Shown here in pieces: positions 60,262 to 64,000 of a stretch of 64,000 nt of DNA; the first letter of the stretch is position 1, and every line of letters begins with the position of its first letter. The notes below the pieces were generated by a model that was not told the origin of the DNA, ran no database searches, and saw only the letters and a list, made by a program, of their open reading frames with translations. The stretch spans positions 640,001 to 704,000 of the forward strand of contig CAWDFP010000006.1 in NCBI GenBank assembly GCA_963801605.1, written 5' to 3'. The position numbers and the translations under genes were made by a program. The DNA is from an uncultured candidate division Zixibacteria bacterium (GTDB taxonomy: Bacteria; Zixibacteria; MSB-5A5; UBA10806).

Positions 60262-61500
60262 ATGAGATTTCGGATCGCTTTGGCTTTTGGTGTTGTAGCA
60301 CTTGTCTTTCTTGTTTTTTCTATTCCGGGGATCGGACAAGCCCAGAGCCTGGAGCATGTTCTAACTTATTCCCTGCCCAGCGGAGCCCTTGGAGTATTTA
60401 TCGATTTTACTTATGCTTATGTCGCAAACGACTATGCCGGTTTCGAAATTATTGACATTTCCGACCCCTATAGCCCTTTTATTGCCGGAAGCTTTGACAC
60501 ACCCGGCTGGACAAGATGCGTCTATGTTCGAGATAATTACGCTTATGTCGCCGATGGTGATTCGGGAATGCAAATCGTCGATATCCTGAGTCCGTCAGCG
60601 CCTGTTGGTGTTGGAAGCATTGCTCTTGCCGGCTCGGCTCTCACGGTAGTCGTCTCTGGTAATTACGCTTATCTCGCTTGCGGGTATGGAGGTATGGCGG
60701 TTGTCGATATCGCTAATGCTGCAGCCCCGGCCCTGGTTGGAACTTACGCCACTCCGGGTTATCTCATGGGTGTGAGCCTTCAGGGAGCATACGCCTACGT
60801 AACCGCTAATTTCATGGAACCCGATTATGGCGAACTCCAGGCGGTGGATATCAGCGATCCGGCCAATCCCTCATATTATGCCGGCGGTCTTATACCGGAT
60901 GGTGGCGCGTATGGAGTGAATATCGATGGCAATTATGCCTATGTGGCCTCCTTCACTTATGGCCTGCATATATTTGATATCTCCTATCCTTACGCTCCAG
61001 TCTTTGCCGGAGATACTGATACTCCTGGCTCGGCCAAACATGTTATGCCATATAATGGTTATGCCTATTTGGCTGATGGTACCGCCGGGATAGAGCTATT
61101 CGATATCTCAAATCCCAATGGTCCGGTGCTGCTCGATAGTCTTGATACCCCCGGGATGGCCACTGAAGTTGCAGTCTCCGGCGATTATATCTTCCTGGCT
61201 GATGATAACGCTCTTCAGGTCTACAGGTTTTCCTCCCGACCGCCCTGCAATTACGTAGCGGGTGACATTAACGGCAGCAGATCGGCCAATGGGCTAGACG
61301 TTGTCTATGGAGTGCTCTATTTTAAGGGAGGCGACGTTCCGCCTATTTCATGCGATTGCCAACCCAATGGAGTTATGTATCCTGCGGGTGATGTCAATGG
61401 CTCATGCTCATTTAACGGTCTCGATATAACCTATTATGTGGGTTATCTAAAAGGAGGCTTGCCGTTGACGGGTTGTCCCGATTGCCCACCGGGAAGATAG
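60262..61500 (+). CDS. Secreted LVIVD-repeat protein with C-terminal dockerin-like domain
   Basis: RBS AAGGAGG, signal peptide and 'YAYVAD...G..IVDI..P' repeats. 'GDINGS..ANGLDV' and 'GDVNGSC..NGLDITY'. Confidence 0.85.
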   Translation: MRFRIALAFGVVALVFLVFSIPGIGQAQSLEHVLTYSLPSGALGVFIDFTYAYVANDYAGFEIIDISDPYSPFIAGSFDTPGWTRCVYVRDNYAYVADGDSGMQIVDILSPSAPVGVGSIALAGSALTVVVSGNYAYLACGYGGMAVVDIANAAAPALVGTYATPGYLMGVSLQGAYAYVTANFMEPDYGELQAVDISDPANPSYYAGGLIPDGGAYGVNIDGNYAYVASFTYGLHIFDISYPYAPVFAGDTDTPGSAKHVMPYNGYAYLADGTAGIELFDISNPNGPVLLDSLDTPGMATEVAVSGDYIFLADDNALQVYRFSSRPPCNYVAGDINGSRSANGLDVVYGVLYFKGGDVPPISCDCQPNGVMYPAGDVNGSCSFNGLDITYYVGYLKGGLPLTGCPDCPPGR

Positions 61501-61520
61501 CAAAAATAGTCGAAATTTTT

Positions 61521-61548
61521 GGGGCCCGCTAACGGGCCCCGTTTTTTT
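61521..61548 (+). terminator. Rho-independent terminator
   Basis: GGGGCCCG-ctaa-CGGGCCCC followed by T7. Confidence 0.8.
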
Positions 61549-61603
61549 GGTAATTATCTTTTATTAAGCGCTAACATTATAACGCGAAGATTGATTGGCC
61601 GAT

Positions 61604-62794
61604 TCAGGCGTTTGGCTCTAATGGAATTTTAGCCGAAAGCTGAGTTGCAAGTTTAAAGATCATTTCCTGATCTTCGGCCTGCGGAGGACCATATGATTCA
61701 ACAGAGCCAACCGGTTCGATCTTTGCGCTTTCGAAAAACTCCATTCCTTGTTTGACCGCTCCTTTGCCCCAGCCGTAGGAGTTTAGGATAGCTCCGAATT
61801 TCAAGGGCGGTTTAAGAAGCTTAACAATATTTAGGGCGTTCGTTACGTAGGGATGAAGTCCTCCAAGTACCGTCGGGGAACCAATAACTATTGCCGGTGT
61901 ATCCACCAATTCTTCAGCCAACAATCCCATGTCGTACTGCGTGAGATTATACAATCTGGCCGCTACGCCTTCTCGTTCGAGGGCGTTAGCCATGGCGCCA
62001 GCCATTAACTCGGTTGCTCCCCACATCGAAATATATACGATTACTGCTTTTCTGGCAGTCTGCCCCGATACCCAACTGCGGTAAGCGCCAATAATCAATT
62101 CCGGTTTTCTATAGACCGGGCCATGGCTGGGAGCGACCATCGCAATATCAAGCCCGGCAATCTTTTCCAAGCCCTTCTTGCAAAATACTCTCATCGGCAT
62201 CATAATTTCAGCAAAATATGATTTGGCTAACCCCAGAATCTCCGGGACATCATCGGAATAAGTTCCCTCAGCGGCATGTGCCCCGAAGAAGTCACATGAG
62301 AACAGCAGTTTGTTATCTTCGAGATAGGTAAACATCGTTTCCGGCCAGTGCAGCCAGGGGCTTTCAATAAATCTTAACTTTTTGCCGCCAAGTTCAAGCG
62401 TTTCACCGTCCTTTATGGTTTTTATCCTTTCCTGCGGTACGCTTCCAAATCGCGTTGCCATCGGTGCGCCCTTTTCGGTGCAGAGCAGTGTTGCGCGGCT
62501 GGCTTTAAGTACAGCGCCAAGTGCCATTGAGTGGTCAGGTTCGGCATGATTCATAACGATATAATCAAGATTTGACAGATCCGTAAGAGCAGTTAGCTTT
62601 TCAAGGAGTTCGGATTCAAACCCCGGCCCGACGGAATCTATCAAGGCCGTTTTTTCGCTGCCCTTTACAAGGTAGGAATTAAATGATGTCCCCCTGGGAA
62701 GAGGTATCAAAGCGTCAAATAGCCTGCGATTTCTATCCTTAGCCCCAACCGCAAACACACCCTCTGAGATTTCCGGTAAATGGTATTTTAACAC
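61604..62794 (-). CDS. fprA: Flavodiiron protein FprA (A-type flavoprotein)
   Basis: 'GTSFNSYL', 'NHAEPDHS', 'HWPETM', 'SCDFFGAH', 'APSHG', and flavodoxin motifs 'Y.SMWG.T' and 'SYGW'. Confidence 0.92.
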   Translation of the reverse strand: MLKYHLPEISEGVFAVGAKDRNRRLFDALIPLPRGTSFNSYLVKGSEKTALIDSVGPGFESELLEKLTALTDLSNLDYIVMNHAEPDHSMALGAVLKASRATLLCTEKGAPMATRFGSVPQERIKTIKDGETLELGGKKLRFIESPWLHWPETMFTYLEDNKLLFSCDFFGAHAAEGTYSDDVPEILGLAKSYFAEIMMPMRVFCKKGLEKIAGLDIAMVAPSHGPVYRKPELIIGAYRSWVSGQTARKAVIVYISMWGATELMAGAMANALEREGVAARLYNLTQYDMGLLAEELVDTPAIVIGSPTVLGGLHPYVTNALNIVKLLKPPLKFGAILNSYGWGKGAVKQGMEFFESAKIEPVGSVESYGPPQAEDQEMIFKLATQLSAKIPLEPNA

Positions 62795-63100
62795 TACGTA
62801 CTCCTTAAAAATTTAGATACTTGCATTTTCTCTTTTCCTTATTATATTATAGAACACAAATTAATTACGCCACAAAAATTAGGCGATCTTTTTTATCACT
62901 TCTATGTCAGGGCTGCCGGAAATGCTTCGGTGGGGCTAAAGTTTTTTATCCATGTTTAGGTGAATAGATAGGGAATTTAGGAATCTCGTTATCAGGTTGA
63001 ATATGAGTAATCTGTAGCATCAGAATTCTTTACGTGTGCCGATAGCTGTTATTCGTTTTGAAAAACTAAAACCCGGAACAAACCAAAAGGAGAAAACAAA

Positions 63101-64000
63101 ATGAAACGATTGTTTGTGGTTGTTGTCGCCATCGTCGCTATTTTTGGGATAGCGCAGGCGCAGGTGGATACCCTTACCATCCTGCATCTTAACGATACAC
63201 ATTCGCATCTTCTGCCTTTTGGGCCGAAAGACGCTCAGGGCAATCCAACTCTGGGCGGTATGGCCCGTCTGGCCACTTTGATTGGAATGACCAGGCAGAC
63301 CAACCCCAATGTAATGCTCTTTCATTCAGGCGATCTTTTTGTAGGAGATTTCATGTTCCAGGAATATCTCGGCATTGCCGAGCTGGGGATTATGAAGGCT
63401 CTGCAATATGACGCTCTGGAGCTCGGAAATCATGAGTTTGATCTTTACCCCTCAACCCTTAAGTATGTCTTGAGCCAGGCAGGATTTCCCAATGAGGGTT
63501 TCCCGGTCCTTTGCGCCAATCTCGACATGACCGACGACCCTCAAATGCCCTATTTCGTGCAGCCGTATATTATTAAGGACGTGGGGAATACCAGAATCGG
63601 TATCTTTGGATTGGCGACAGAACTTACCAATCAGATTTCAAATCCCGCCCCTCTTAGCATGCTGCCGCCGCTGTCCGAAGCCCCGAGGTGGATCGATACT
63701 CTCAAGATTGGACATAATTGCGATCTTGTAATCCTTCTTTCGCATCTTGGTGTTTTTGAGGATCAACTGCTGGCATCCACTGTGGGCGGTATCGATATCA
63801 TTCTCGGAGGCCATAGCCATACCTTGTTGCCGCAGCCAGTACAGATAGGAAATACGCTTATCGTGCAAGCGGGAGAGTTCGCTGAGCATTTGGGCAAGCT
63901 TCAAATAATTGAACAGAATGGCCAAATGCAAAGCTGGAGTTATGATCTCTTGAATGTCGATACTTCTATTCCGGCTGAGCCGAATATTGCCGGTATGCTC
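63101..64000 (+). CDS. Bifunctional 5'-nucleotidase/UDP-sugar hydrolase family metallophosphoesterase, truncated by the window end (absent from the ORF track)
   Basis: RBS AAGGAG, then MKRLFVVVVAIVAIFGIAQAQVDTLTILHLNDTHSH...GGMARLAT...SGD...LGNHEFD...ANL...LSHLG...GGHSH. Confidence 0.88.
   Translation, partial: MKRLFVVVVAIVAIFGIAQAQVDTLTILHLNDTHSHLLPFGPKDAQGNPTLGGMARLATLIGMTRQTNPNVMLFHSGDLFVGDFMFQEYLGIAELGIMKALQYDALELGNHEFDLYPSTLKYVLSQAGFPNEGFPVLCANLDMTDDPQMPYFVQPYIIKDVGNTRIGIFGLATELTNQISNPAPLSMLPPLSEAPRWIDTLKIGHNCDLVILLSHLGVFEDQLLASTVGGIDIILGGHSHTLLPQPVQIGNTLIVQAGEFAEHLGKLQIIEQNGQMQSWSYDLLNVDTSIPAEPNIAGML

Noticed and set aside
62800..63100. Riboswitch upstream of the 5'-nucleotidase gene
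   Set aside because: No recognisable aptamer consensus by eye. An Infernal/Rfam scan would be needed.
63020..63931. Minus-strand ORFs 63020..63325 and 63638..63931
   Set aside because: They are antisense to the plus-strand 5'-nucleotidase that runs off the window end.

Overview
Bacterial chromosomal segment from a diderm. FlgD/T9SS-like and dockerin-like C-terminal tags, LVIVD-repeat proteins and a PorV-like barrel suggest an FCB-group lineage such as candidate phylum Zixibacteria (inference). In order, the window contains: secreted LVIVD proteins, a c-type cytochrome, a TonB-dependent receptor and an lpoB/COG3014 lipoprotein pair; a dinB-dnaE2 mutagenesis cassette with a candidate SOS box; an AT-rich two-gene islet with a TIR-domain protein; marR-mlaEFD; a dockerin-tagged M14 carboxypeptidase; an alkyltransferase-like gene; a ~24 kb Wzx/Wzy-type surface-polysaccharide operon (22626-46326); kdsC-kdsD-lpxL-lptC-lptB; a GH38 alpha-mannosidase; a ribose-type ABC transporter; FprA; and a truncated 5'-nucleotidase. 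The polysaccharide operon carries two apparent pseudo-enzymes (a PLP-fold protein lacking the catalytic Lys and a pseudo-receiver fused to a WcaJ-like membrane domain) and ends in a PorV-like gene. Many genes are split by single-base indels that look like sequencing errors. Several REP-like palindrome families lie in intergenic regions. No rRNA, tRNA, CRISPR array or transposase was seen.
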